Shown here piece by piece: positions 13,355-27,540 of a stretch of DNA of 64,000 nt. Both the position numbers and the translations under genes were made by a program. The DNA is taken from positions 134,416,001-134,480,000 of the forward strand of contig OX597818.1 of NCBI GenBank assembly GCA_951406725.2, read 5' to 3'. Source of the DNA: Octopus vulgaris. Its lineage: Eukaryota. The notes beneath the pieces are model-generated. The model was not told the DNA's origin. It ran no database searches and saw only the letters and a program-made list of their open reading frames with translations. The stretch's first letter is position 1. Each line of letters starts with the position of its first letter.

Positions 13355-13576
13355 GTGTGTGTTTGTGCATCTGTGTTTGTCTCTCTAGCATTGCTTGACA
13401 ACCGATGCTGGTGTGTTTGCGTCCCCGTCACTTAGCGGTTCGGCAAAAGAGACCGATAGAATAAGTACTGGGCTTACAAAGAATAAGTCCCGGGATCAAG
13501 TTGCTCGATTAAAGGCGGTGCTCCAGCATGGCCGCAGTCAAATGACTGAAACAAGTAAAAGAGTAAAAGAGTAAGA

Positions 13577-13578
<2 letters not shown>
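13147..13578 (+). mobile_element. SINE family B inserted in (TA)n
   Basis: Full-length copy with internal (TA)n. Confidence 0.9.
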
Positions 13579-13615
<37 letters not shown>

Positions 13616-14289
13616 TATAAAACTTACTTGGAAGAGGATGCGTGGCGTTCAATCATATGATATGAATAATATATATATATGCATATGTGGGTGAAAGACG
13701 TCACAACACGAGTACATGTACATGGAATATGAACTATTTTTTCGAACAACGAAAGACACAAATGAAAAACAAGACAAATAACAAAAACAACGACTCTTCA
13801 TCAGTTGTTGGCTGTTTTTCTACTTTCGTATTTCGATCATTTAACAACAAGATACTCTTTCGATAAAACAGTTGCTCCCGCAAAACAAATTAAATCAAAT
13901 TTGGGATTTGCGGAGGGTCAAAATTGATAACACAAACAGGAGAGTGAAAACAAACAGGAAGGGCTGCTAAGCCTAAACGAGGTTGTGGTGGTGAACGCGT
14001 AATCAAGCTTGGACAGGAGACAGGCAAGAACACGTCTTCCTTGATCCAGCTACAACGGAGGTAAGAAAGAAACACAAGTTAGGAGAAGAAAGATGGCTGA
14101 TGATCACGTGGGAGCCACATGAACAAGGGAGGGAGAGTGAGGGAGAGGGATTGACTGACAGATAAATGTGAAAGGGAGAGGAAAAATGGAGATAGGATAA
14201 GTGCGCATCAGAATTATTAAGATAAAACTTACCTGGAAGAGGATGTGTGGCGTTTTATCATATATATATATATATATATATTATATGAT

Positions 14290-14324
<35 letters not shown>

Positions 14325-14334
14325 GATATATCAC

Positions 14335-15360
14335 AAACTGCGTGACCTTGATATCGTTGGCAAAATAGAGGAGTAGATGCATGACTTTTTAAAATTTTGC
14401 AGCCAATTGTTCTCCCTATGAGGAGCTAATCAATTCTAAGCGGAGCCCCTCGTGGATTGTACAGGGATCACTGCTGTTCGTGATAGCTCTCTCAGACATG
14501 CCCTCAGTCATACAGTCAGCCACTCTTACTAGCTCTCTTCATGATACAAAAGTAAAGGATCTTGTTGATAACTCAAGGCTACAGAAAGATCTAAATGAAA
14601 TATACTAGTGGACTGAATAAAACATGTAATTTAATACTGAAAAACTTCAAGCACTCCTCTATCGACCCACAAACAGATTGCAATTAGAATGCACAAGACC
14701 ACGGGTATTGCAATCCCGGAAACAGAATCGGTACGTGACCTCCTGAGAATCTATATGAGAGGTGGTGCATCATTCCGTGTAAGATGGCAACAATGTGCAA
14801 GCTACTGGCGAGTGAGATTCTGAGACCATTCAGAACATGGAAAAAGGAAACCATATTTATGGAGAACATTCGTTCTCAACCACATGGATTACTGCTCCCA
14901 CTTATGGTCACCAAAAATCGTTAAACTAACGGTAGAAATCGAGGCAATCCAAAGCCATTACACCAAAAAAAGTCCTTCGATGCAACAGATGGGTTACTGA
15001 GGGAGGTTAAAAGAACTTATGGTCGACCCCTTAGAGAGAAAATACGAAGGTCTTTCACCCGCTTTGGGATTGAAAGCTGCGCCAATCACAGGACTGGACG
15101 CCACTGCATACTACCAAAAATACTACCCTCTTTGTCCAGAGTAAGAATCCAATACTGTAACAGCTAAAGGTTCAAAGGCCCACAATTTTTCAATACCTTT
15201 CCAAAAGGCCTTTGAGATCTACGAGAAGTAGATGTGGAGGAGTTTGAAGAATATTTAGACAAAATTTATGAGACTAAATGAACCCACATCGCAACAAGAA
15301 ATGAAAAGAAGGCCAACTTTGTTCAACTCATTACCTTATCAAGACCGATTCCGAAGACAT
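14335..15360 (+). mobile_element. Highly decayed CR1/L2-type LINE 3' fragment
   Basis: Remnant RT-like translation (HMDYCSHLWSP; xKGPQFFNxxP), many stops. Boundaries approximate. Confidence 0.5.
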
Positions 15361-15840
15361 GACCAAGAATGAGTCTAACGATTTTAAAAAGTCGATCATA
15401 TGTGGTTATGTGAAAAGTCTACTTCACAATCACATGGTTCCGGTGCAGCACCTTGGGCAAATGTCTTCTACCAAAGCTTTGTAGTGGATTTGGTAATCAG
15501 AGACTGAAAGAGGTCTGGTCTATGTGTGTGTGTGTGTTCACCAACAGTGCTCAACAACCGATGTTGGTTTGTTTGTATGCTCGCAGGTTAGCGGTTCGGC
15601 GAACGAGTCCAACGGAATAAGTATCAGGCTTTAAAAAAATAAGTTCTGGGGTCGATTTGTTCGACTAAAAAGCCTTTCAAGGCGGTGCCTTAAAGTATTT
15701 TTTAGTCCAACAAATCTATTATTTGTTTCAGCCTAATAATTGGAAAAAGTAAGGAATAAATAAAAAATAATGTTCCTTCCTTTTTGTCTTTTTGAACATA
15801 AAATATATTAGAACTTGATGTGTTGACAAGCCATACTTAC

Positions 15841-15967
15841 GACATTTCTTTCGTACTCATCCTCATTTGTGGAGTTACCAGAGTAAAGAGCACTTGGGTG
15901 CATCGCATACTCAGAATCTTGAGGTGAATAATAGTCGTACGACATAATTGATATTACATCAACAGCT
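15841..15967 (-). CDS. GH18 chitinase-like gene, coding exon 5 (AVDVISIMSYDYYS...HPSALY...ERNV)
   Basis: MxYD motif. ttccag acceptor, gtaagt donor, 127 nt, phase 2->0. Confidence 0.95.
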
Positions 15968-17426
15968 CTGGAAATGAAAAGGAAAATAAAAGCCATTGTT
16001 TGTTAGCTTAAATACTATTAATTTTTAGTAAAATTCTATTTGAATTCTAACTTTTTAATTTTCGTTAATTTTTATTCTTTAATTAAATCTATTTGATGGT
16101 CAAATTCTGTTTGAATTTTAGTCCCAGTTTATCATTTCCACTTCCCCTTTTCAGTTTATCACTTCCCCGTCCCTAAAGTGTCACGCAGTGGGAGTGAGCC
16201 CGGATCCATATGGCTGGAAAGCAAACTTCTTACCACACAGCCGTGCTTATGTGTGTGTGTGTGTGTGTGTGTATGGAGAGAGAGAGAGGGAGACAGAAAG
16301 ACAGAGAAGGAACTGAAAGACAGAGAGAGAGGAGACAGAAAGACAGAGGAAGGGATAGAGGTAGTAATGTAGATAAACACAGTTAGGTTTGATGTATGTT
16401 TACATAAAACACAAAAAATACAGAATTAAAAATAACGAAATTATGTAATGCCTTAACCCGACAACTGTTTCTGGAAGCCTAGAGTTATGTAATGATCATA
16501 TTTTGCAGATAATATATGTAAAAAGTTATAGGTATGCAACAAGTGACCAGTCACATGAATATATTACAGTGAGTCCGGTTTCCCTCATCAAAAAAGACTT
16601 TCAAATGTAGATCATACAGTAGTGCCAGCAAATATAACATGTTGAAAGCACAAAGGAGGCGGAACGAAATTTCAAGAACTAGGATAAGTGAAAGAAGAAC
16701 ACCTACAACGTGAGATGAAAAAAGAAGGGAGAAGTAAAAAGAGAGAGAGAGAGAAGAGAGGATAAAATGAAAACTAGCCTGCCGAAAGCATATATCACGA
16801 GCAAACAATAAAGCAATTGGGCATGTCAACTGTCCAGACAAAAAGGCGAAGAGAGATAAGCGTTGAGACAAAGTAGTTGAGGTGTGGTGACAGAGGTGAA
16901 AAATATGATGAGAGAAAGAAAATATGCTGTGAGGAGAAAGTATTATGATGCTTTGCAACTTAAATAACGAGTAAAGATATTTCGTCACAACTAAGAGAAA
17001 TTTTAACGATTTTACATAATAAGCAAATGTGCAATAATATTTATGTTTACAAGAGAAGATTATGCCAAAGAACCTATTGATGAATTAGCTATTTTAATGT
17101 CGTGGAATTGTGAGCGATTTCCTGCAACATAATTTATGAACACCATGGTTAGTGTTGTAGGGAGTACCCTCACAGTCAGGATAAGGTATAGGGAATGCTC
17201 TGGGACTTGAAGTGCCCTGGATTAAGAATTTGGAGTTTGAATTCAAATTCATTTGAACGCTACTTTGTGTTTTCTATATTGAGCTTATCTTGCCCTCACC
17301 TACTTACTCTGTGTGTGTGGTGAGTGAAGATTAATTCTGGATTTATGTATATAACCTGAACATATTTTACACCTTTCCATTCCCTGTTAATATGTAAACA
17401 AGCAATTGATATAGAGTTTCACATAC

Positions 17427-17542
17427 TTATTTATAGCATCAATATCGTAGGCTTCATCTATCAATGATTTCTTAGACCCTACAACAATTCCAAGAAGGAG
17501 TTCCTTTTCTTTTGATTCCTTCTTAAACGCATCTTTCATTTC
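17427..17542 (-). CDS. GH18 chitinase-like gene, coding exon 4 (EMKDAFKKESKEKELLLGIVVGSKKSLIDEAYDIDAIN)
   Basis: Read manually; not in the ORF track. tttcag acceptor, gtatgt donor, 116 nt, phase 0->2. Matches the GH18 'LLL..V....ID.xYD' segment. Confidence 0.92.
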
Positions 17543-18324
17543 CTGAAATTAGAAACGTTTTTAATTAATGAGACAATTAATGTGTACACACACACACACA
17601 CACACAGTCACTCACTCACACACACAATCACTCACTCACACATACAGACAGACTAAGCTACATGCAAAGAATTCCTTTCAGGCTCAGTAATTTAGTAACC
17701 AACATATTACGACCACTGATTCACATAGTTTCCTCTCGATGCCACTTGCACAACTGCTACAACGGTTTCTGCACTTCTGAACTATCTTCGGAACTACTCT
17801 TGTCACCCAACTTCACCTATCCCTCATCCTTTTTATCGTGTCTTTGAGTCAAACCCCACAATAAACACAGCAACCGTCTGAAATTCACCCCACCCCACCA
17901 TCTACTTTTTCCTCCAACTACAAATGTTTGGCCACTGATGGAGCCATTAAAAACTATTGAATATCATTGAAAAAAATTACATCGCCTCTAACTCTTTGTC
18001 TGTCCGGTGCATCACATGTGACACGCAGAGCATATTTTCCTCGCTTCCATGCACCATATATGATACACATCCTCAATTTTTTCAGCCTCTAGAGTAACTT
18101 AGGACTTATGAAAAGAAGCCTTTATATTAGCCATAGTATGAAAAAAGACTAACTTGTTTTTAAGAACAAGCATGAACGTTTAGGAAAATATTATGTAACT
18201 ACTTTGGGTAAGCAAAGGGTTAAATATGAAAATATCAATAGGTTTCAAAAAAATAGATTGTAGTACAATACTTAAAAGGTGGCGAGGAGTTTGGCTGCGA
18301 ATGACAATTGACGGTTACTTTACT

Positions 18325-18729
18325 TTTTTTTTTTTTACTTTTTTACTCGTTTCAGTCATTTGACTGCGGCCATGCTGGAGCACCGCCTTTTAGTCGAGCA
18401 AATCGACCCCGGGACTTATTCTTTGTAAGCCCATTACTTATTCTATCGGGTCTCTTTTGCCGAACCGCTAGGTGACGGAGACGTAAACACACCAGCATCG
18501 GTTGTCAAGCAATGCTAGAGGGACAAACACAAGCACAAACACACACATACATATATACATATATACGACAGGCTTCTTTCAGTTTCCGTCTACCAAATCC
18601 ACTCACAAGGCTTTGGTTGGCCCGAGGCTATAGCAGAAGACACTTGCCCAAGATGCCGCGCAGTGGGACTGAACCCGGAACCGTGTGGTTGGTTAGCAAG
18701 CTACTTACCACACAGCCACTTCTACGCCT
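18325..18729 (-). mobile_element. SINE family B
   Basis: Full-length copy. Confidence 0.9.
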
Positions 18730-19282
18730 ATAAAATTCAAATGCGCAATCAATGTCTGAAACCAGGCTAAGTAACTGACGTTAGGAATATAAAGAAAGTT
18801 TTATTAATTATAAAATACAAATATCAGAAAACGAAAATGTATCTTGTTTTATGGCAATTACAGCAAAATATATTTAAACAATAGTTTTGGACGATATATC
18901 CGTATTTTGAAATGGATTAGTTAGAGGAGGAAAGCGACGTCTAAGACCTTTTTTAGGGTCTCGAAGCCTCATGGAAGGAAGGGAAGAAATTATCCTCACA
19001 CTGAAGATTTAGCCTGAATGCTATCGGTCTATTTTGCCGAACCGCTAAGTGACGAGGACGTAAACACCTTTTAAGTATTGTACTCCTCTGGCTGACGGAG
19101 ACACCTCTAAATGTACCCAAGTAAAAGGAGGAACTCTTAAACATTCGTGACAGTGAATCTACTAGCAGATCTGCGATCAATGCACTCAACGGTCAAATGT
19201 AGAGATTAAAACTAGACAATAGATTGATTCTATCACTTGTTTATATTTAAAAAGAAAATTATTATTTAAAAAAATTATGCAT

Positions 19283-19698
19283 CGCAGGAGTGGCTGTGTG
19301 ATAAGTAGCTTGCCTACCAACCACATGGTTCCGGGTTCAGTCCCACTGCGTGGCACCTTGGACAAGTGTCTTCTGCTATAGCCTCGAGCCGACCAATGCC
19401 TTGTGAGTGGATTTGGGAGACGGAAACTGAAAGAAGCCTGTCGTATATATGTATATATATGTACATATGTGTGTGCACGTTTGTGTGTCTGTGTTTGTCC
19501 CCCTAGCATTGCTTGACAACCGATGCTGGTGTGTTTACGTCCCCGTCACTTAGCGGTTCGGCAAAAGAGACCGATAGAATAAGTACTGGGCTTACAAAGA
19601 ATAAGTCCCTGGGTCGATTTGTTCGACTAAAGGCGGTGCTCCAGCATGGCCACAGTCAAATGACTGAAACAAGTAAAAGAGTAAAAGAGTAAAGAGAG
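19283..19698 (+). mobile_element. SINE family B
   Basis: Full-length copy, inverted relative to 18325-18729. Confidence 0.9.
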
Positions 19699-20101
19699 TA
19701 TAAAAATTATTTTATTATAGATATTCTTTCAAACTCCAAATAAACTCCAGGTTCTTGCTTTCTTCTCTCTCTAAAATGACAGACAATGTTGAAAACTGCA
19801 CTCCTCTTATATATATCTCCTGATTAGATAAGCTACCGACAAACCAGTTGTGGCTGCAACTATACGTACGATGGTGACCTGTTGATCATCCTACTGCATA
19901 TGCCTATGGCGAAACAAGACTACGGGGATTATGGAAATATGACCCCCATTCCTATCAAGTATTCGGAATATGCAGCTGATGGAGTTATTGCAAAATTTGA
20001 TTAAATGAGTTGAGAGGTTTCTTCACTATCATCCTTAGGTCAAAACGTGCGGTTGATTTATCTTGGCTTAGTGGCAGACATTAAAGATAGTTTTTTTTTA
20101 G

Positions 20102-20484
20102 GGAAGCACTCCGTCGGTTACGACGACGAGGGTTCCGGTTGATCCGAATCAACGGAACAGCCTGCTCGTGAAATTAACGTGTAAGTGGCTGAGCACTCCA
20201 CAGACACGTGCACCCTTAACGTAGTTCTCGGGGATATTCAGCGTGACACAGAGAGTGACAAGGCCGGCCCTTTGAAATACAGGTACAACAGAAACAGGAA
20301 GTAAGAGTGAGAGAAAGTTGTGGTGAAAGAGTACAGCAGGGATCACCACCATCCCCTGCCGGAGCCTCGTGGAGCTTTAGGTGTTTTCGCTCAATAAACA
20401 CTCACAACGCCCGGTCTGGGAATCGAAACCGCGATCCTATGACCGCGAGTCCGCTGCCCTAACCACTGGGCCATTGCGCCTCCA
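20102..20484 (-). mobile_element. SINE family A
   Basis: Full-length copy, TSD attaaagatagt. Confidence 0.92.
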
Positions 20485-20624
20485 CTATTAAAGATAGTAT
20501 TGGGTGGACAAAACGGAAATGTTAATCTAATCTCTCAACATTTTGAAAAGAAATTAGAGAAGTGAGCAAACATAGGGTATTTATTATTTTTATTTTATTA
20601 AAATAAAGAAAGTCTCTAACTCAC

Positions 20625-20877
20625 CTTAAGTAAGTTGCCAAATTTTTCTTTGTCACCCGATTGACTTCCTCTTTTTGTTGGAAATATCCAGCAGATATCT
20701 AAACCATCAAAGTTATGTATGCGAAGGAATGTTATTACGTTTTCGATGAATTTTTTTCTATTGTCTTTGCTAGAAATTACATGGGTAAATGGAAGAGATC
20801 CCATATTCCAACCACCGACAGCCAACATTGTTTTCAGATTCTTATTATTTATTTTAAGTTCGTTAACTCTGGCGTAC
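20625..20877 (-). CDS. GH18 chitinase-like gene, coding exon 3 (YARVNELK..KTMLAVGGWN..FDGLDICWIFP..GNLLK)
   Basis: KxxxxxGGW motif and the region II motif in altered form. cag acceptor, gtgagt donor, 253 nt, phase 2->0. Confidence 0.95.
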
Positions 20878-20968
20878 CTGTTCGAAATAGAATAGGCGGG
20901 AAATTTCGTATCATTTCAAATAAGAATGGTAATAACGATGGTTGCTACTATAGTTAATCACCTTACTG

Positions 20969-21342
20969 TGGAGGCGCAATGGCCCAGTGGTTAGGACATC
21001 GGACTCGCGGTCATAGGATCGCGGTTTCGATTTCCAGACCGGGCGTTGTGAGTGTTTATTGAGCGAAAACACCTAAAAGCTCCACGAGGCTCCGGCGGGG
21101 GATGGTGGTGATCCCTGCTGTACTCTTTCACCAGAACTTTCTCTCACTCTTACTTCCTGTTTCTGTTGTACCTGTATTTCAAGGGGCCGGCCTTGTGTCA
21201 CGCTGAATATCCCCGAGAACTACGTTAAGGGTACACGTGTCTGTGGGGGGCTCAGCCACTTACATGTTAATTTCACGAGCAGACTGTTCCGTTGATTCGA
21301 ATCAACCGGAACCCTCATCGTCGTAACCGACGGAGTGCTTCC
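20969..21342 (+). mobile_element. SINE family A
   Basis: Full-length copy, TSD aatcaccttact. Confidence 0.92.
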
Positions 21343-21684
21343 CATAAAAAAAAATCACCTTACTAAATATATCACAATATATTCTAGTCTCTCGATAAGT
21401 TCAAATACTGTCTTGGATGATTTTGTTCTTCAGTTCTTCAATAAAATATACGGCAATAATTCAATGGAGTTAACTCAAACATTACATGAAGCTTGTGTTA
21501 ATCAAAACTCTTGAAACATATATGTTCTTCAAACAGCAACATTGTAGTTAATAATTATTATTATCATTTCTATTATAGACACAAGACCAGCATTTTTAGG
21601 GGAAGGGAAAGTCAATTACATCGATCCTAGTACTCAGTTTGTTTTATCGGCCCCGAAATCTAACGACTCTGCCAGTTCGTCACC

Positions 21685-22701
<1,017 letters not shown>

Positions 22702-22704
22702 AAT

Positions 22705-22972
22705 CTGGAATCTGAAAACAGAAACAATTCCTATCATAGTAGGTGCATTAGGCATGATAAAAAATATTCAGACAAATACATAACAAAAACACCAGGACTT
22801 ACAAACACATATAACATACAGAAAATTGCACTACTAGGCACTGCACACATCCTACGCAGAACACTTTCCATACAATAACCATCAGAGCATCACAACAAAT
22901 CACAGCACATACCCAAGGCACACAGAGCTGCGCTCGGTAGTGAAGTGAAAGCACGCTATAAAAATAAAACTA

Positions 22973-22975
<3 letters not shown>
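22705..22975 (+). mobile_element. Second, shorter R4/Dong 3' fragment (near-identical to 22245-22521)
   Basis: Direct sequence identity and the same 3' end, ..aaaactactg|aataat. Confidence 0.85.
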
Positions 22976-23031
<56 letters not shown>

Positions 23032-23050
23032 TGATGATGATGATGATGAT

Positions 23051-23521
23051 AAAAACATGCCCCCTCATTGATATGACTGTCCCAATCGATATAAACGTAT
23101 CTGTCAAGACCTACCAAAAACTGAGCAAATATAAAGCTCTTGAAATAGAAATCAGCAAAATGTGACACCTGAAGACTAAAACAACACCTGTTGTCATAGG
23201 TGCCCTGGGAATGATAGCAAAAGGGGCTGATAGCTACCTAACTCAGATACCAGGAAAACCACAAATGGCAGAAATTCAAAAGATAGTGCTCATGGCAACT
23301 GCTCATATCATGCGCAAAATATTTTCTATGTAATCTCAAGTTTTAAAACAAACATAATTTTCGTATGGTATTTTGGACATTCACTAGTACAACACTAAGT
23401 ACAAAACCAAATATATGGCACCTTAGGCATAACACCAACATGAACTTCCAACTTGTTGTCTCTTGAGGTCTCTGGGTGAGACTTGGAGCCAACTTATACA
23501 AATGTAAAGCAAAAGTCAAAC

Positions 23522-23525
<4 letters not shown>
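23051..23525 (+). mobile_element. R4/Dong 3' fragment, second subfamily
   Basis: LIDMTVPIDINVSVKTYQKLSKYKALEIEISKM*..PVVIGALG. Its 3'UTR recurs at 25540-25688. Confidence 0.8.
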
Positions 23526-23561
<36 letters not shown>

Positions 23562-23619
23562 CCTAAAGGGTCGAAACAAACCCGAGCAACGCCGGGCGAT
23601 ACTGCTAGTAATAATAATA

Positions 23620-24864
23620 ATAATCCTTTCTATTATAGGCACAAGGATGAAATTTGGGGGAAGCGAGCAGTTGATTATATCGATTCCAGTACTTAACTGG
23701 TCCTTATTTTATCGACCCCGAAAGAATGAAATGCAAAGTCGACCCCAGTGGAGTTTGAACGCAGAACGTAGCGACAGACTAAATACCGCGGTTTCAAATC
23801 TTGCCACAAGTGTAGAAATTTTGGGGGAAGGGATAAGTCGATTACATGGACCCCCAGTGTTCAACTGGTACTTATTTTATCGACCCGAAAGGATGAAAGA
23901 CAAAGTCGACCTCGGCGGAATTTGAACTCAGAACGTAGCGACAGGCGAAATATCGCTAAGCATTTTGTCCAGCGTGCTAATGATTCCGTCAGCTCACTAC
24001 CTTTTACTAATAATAATTCTTTTAACTATAGGCACAAGGCCTGAAATTTTGTGGAGGGGGCGGGGGGTAAGTTGATTACACCTACCCCAGTACTCAACTG
24101 GTTCCTAATTTATCGTGAAAGGTAAAGCCGACCTCGGCGGACTCTAAACTCAGAACGTAGCAACAGACGAAATACTGCTAAGCTTCTTGCTCGGCGCGCT
24201 AACGATTCTGCCAGCTCACTGTCTTGATAATAATAATAATCCTTTCTACTGTAGGCACAAAGCCTGGATTTTGTGGGGAGAGGAACAGTCGATCACATTA
24301 ACTCAAGTACTTCACTGGTATTTAATTTATCGACCCTGGAAGAATGAAAGGCAAAGTCGACCTCAGCGGAATTTGAACTAAGAACGTAGCGACGGGTTAA
24401 ATACCTATTTCTATTTCTTTATTACCCACAAGGGGCTGAACATAGAGGGGACAAACATGGACAGACATAGGTATTAAGTCGATTATATCGACCCCAGTGC
24501 TTAACTGGTACTTAATTTATCGACCCCGAAAGGATGAAAGGCAAAGTCGACCTCGGCGGAATTTGAACTCAGAACGTAACGGCAGACGAAATACCGCTAA
24601 GCGTTTCGCCCGGCGTGCTAACGATTCTGCCAGCTCGCCACCTTAATAATAATCCTTTCTACTAAGTGCACAAGGCATAAATTTTGGTGGGAAGAGACTA
24701 GTCGATTACATCGACCCCAGTGTTTCAGTGGTGGTTGATTTATCGACCCCGCAAGGATGAAAGGCAAAATCGACCTCAGTGGAATTTGAACCAGAATGTA
24801 CAGACGGACGAAATGCCGCATAGCATTTTGTCCGGCGTGCTAACGATTCTTTCAGCTCATTACC

Positions 24865-24901
<37 letters not shown>

Positions 24902-24951
24902 TGATAATAGTGATAATAATAATAATGATGATAATAATGATGATAATAATG

Positions 24952-25003
<52 letters not shown>

Positions 25004-25014
25004 TGATAATAATG

Positions 25015-25085
<71 letters not shown>

Positions 25086-25086
25086 C

Positions 25087-25126
<40 letters not shown>

Positions 25127-25131
25127 TGATG

Positions 25132-25178
<47 letters not shown>

Positions 25179-25418
25179 CATAGTAATAATAATAATAATA
25201 ATAATAATTCAGATTTTGCAACGAGGACAGCAGTTTTGGGAGAGGGGGATGAGTCGATTACATTGACCAAAGCGTTCAACTGGTACCTATTTCATCGACT
25301 CCGAAAGGATGAAAGGCAAAGTCGCCTCGGCGGAATTTGAACTCAGACTGTAAGGACGGACGAAATGCCGCTAAGCATTTCGCTTGGCGTGCTAAAGATT
25401 CTGCTATCTCGCCACCTT
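23620..25418 (-). mobile_element. Cluster of about 7 co-oriented SINE C copies interleaved with (AAT)/(GAT) repeats
   Basis: Repeated gaaaggcaaagtcgacctcggcggaatttgaactcag core. Both tail types are present. Confidence 0.85.
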
Positions 25419-25422
25419 AATA

Positions 25423-25512
<90 letters not shown>

Positions 25513-25705
25513 TTAATAATAATAATGATAATTTTTTTTTAGACAGCCACTAGTACAACACAAAAAACAACCAAATATATGGCACACGAGGCATAACAAC
25601 AACGTGAACTTCCAACCTGTTGTCTCTTGAGGTCTCCGGGTGAGACTTGGAGCCAACTTGTACAAATATAAAGCAAAAGTCAAACATATAATAACAATAA
25701 TAATG

Positions 25706-25753
<48 letters not shown>

Positions 25754-25756
25754 GTA

Positions 25757-25813
<57 letters not shown>

Positions 25814-25817
25814 TTAA

Positions 25818-27540
25818 GCCTCACAAATGGAGCCCACACACGCTCACCGTCCAGAAATCGTTGCAGGTGGCGTAACCCAAGAGCGTGTCTGCACACTAGG
25901 AGCCACGGCATACCTAATCCGCCGCTCAGAGGATCCTGACAACAGACTGAGCACCTGACCATTGGAACGCGTCCTCCCATAAGAATTTAAATAAGAGACG
26001 TTCCAACCTGGTCGAGCAGTAACCGGAACAAAACAACGGTCAGGCGATAAATGATAACGGAAGCGATACAGGCCTTATCCACCTCTGCCTGATCTTCCAG
26101 GGACAGCTTCCTCTCAGCCCGTGGCCGCCCTGTTCGCCACCCCATCCCAGTTCTTATCAACCTGGAGGTCCGAACCAAACTGGTCCGTCGGCCCACCGTC
26201 CGACAACGCCGTCCGATGGCATCGACTAGCCTCTCTAGGAGCCCAACCGCAAACCCACCGATTTGTCGGCATTGATTTTAGCCCCTGCAATCGGCTCATT
26301 TAGGATGGTGCCTCCCGTCTCCACTTCGGAAGCATCTGATATTATGACGGTGATGTCGTCTGTGTATGCCGTCACTGTCCTTCCGTGTCCCAGTTCGAAA
26401 GGGATGCCCCTTAAATGTTACACCTTTCGCAGCAGTGGCCCGTGTGCCAATATGTACAGAAGATGCAACAGCAGACAGCCCTGACGAATCGAACGTGCCA
26501 TACCAGACGGATCCGATAGGTGACGGTTTTCTTTGACCAGTGAATAGGTGCCGCTGTGCATTGCAGCGATCAAGCCATTGAAAACGGGTCCGAAACCGCC
26601 AGCTTCCAGGACAGCTTTCAGGACGGCTTCTAACTAGCGATACTTGACCCTAATGAATGCTTTCGAGTGATCCAAATTGATCAAAGCACTCCCAAAGCCA
26701 GCTTTGGTTCCAGCCCTCTTTATGATGTATCGCATAATGTGGAGGTTGTCGTGAATAGACCTGCTCGGGATTGCGCACGTTTGCACCTCTGCGACCAGGC
26801 TACCGACAAGTGCCAACTTTTTCGCTAACACCTTGGCCAAAATCTTAAACTTTGTTTAGCAGAGTTATGGACCGAAAATTCCCTAGTACGTCTCCATTGT
26901 CGTCGCCCTTCCTCAGCAGTGTCCATACCTCAGTTAACAGCGCTAGGAATTCTACAGTCCTGTTGCCAGTTGCGATAGACGTCTGCCAAGTGGTCACCAA
27001 ACAGATCTGGCATGAATACGTAGAATTCATACGGCAGACCATCAAAACCGGACGATTTATGATTTGTGCAATCGCTCATTGCCTCCCGAATCTTAACGGC
27101 TGCTATCGACTTTTCACATAACTTCGCGTAAGCTGCTGAGAGCCGCGGCAAGCCGTCCAGGTACAAACTAAAGTCCACTACCGTCGTCGAGTCATCGCCC
27201 TCCCAAAACAGCCACACGAAGTGCTGCTGAAAAACTGCACACATCTGCTCGGAGCCGAGTAACACGCGCCCGCCACGCGCCCGCCACGCACCCGATCCGT
27301 CAAAGACCTGATCATGGTTTTGTATCCATGTCGCGTCTCCATCGTTCGGGCCCGTCGGACAGCTTTAGTTCGTTCATGTTTGAGTGCACGGTCCTTAGCT
27401 GACAACATAACCTTCGTGTTTCACTTCGAAGAAATGGTAAAGGGCCATTCTCGCGCTAACACATTAGTCGCAATGCCCTTCTAATCGCCTCTTCCAATTT
27501 GCTAACTAGTTCCCCCTCTAATCTATTCCTTTCAATTGCT
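25818..27540 (-). mobile_element. Second decayed L1/Tx1-clade LINE ORF2 fragment
   Basis: KSSGFDGLPYEFY, NFRSITLLN, QTCAIPSRSIHDNLH, LDHSKAF and AYTDD motifs. Homologous to 514-3360. Confidence 0.85.

Noticed and set aside
20678-20700. A-to-I editing restoring the catalytic Asp/Glu
   Set aside because: TGC has no editable A, and ATA can only become Val or Met codons. Asp and Glu cannot be reached.
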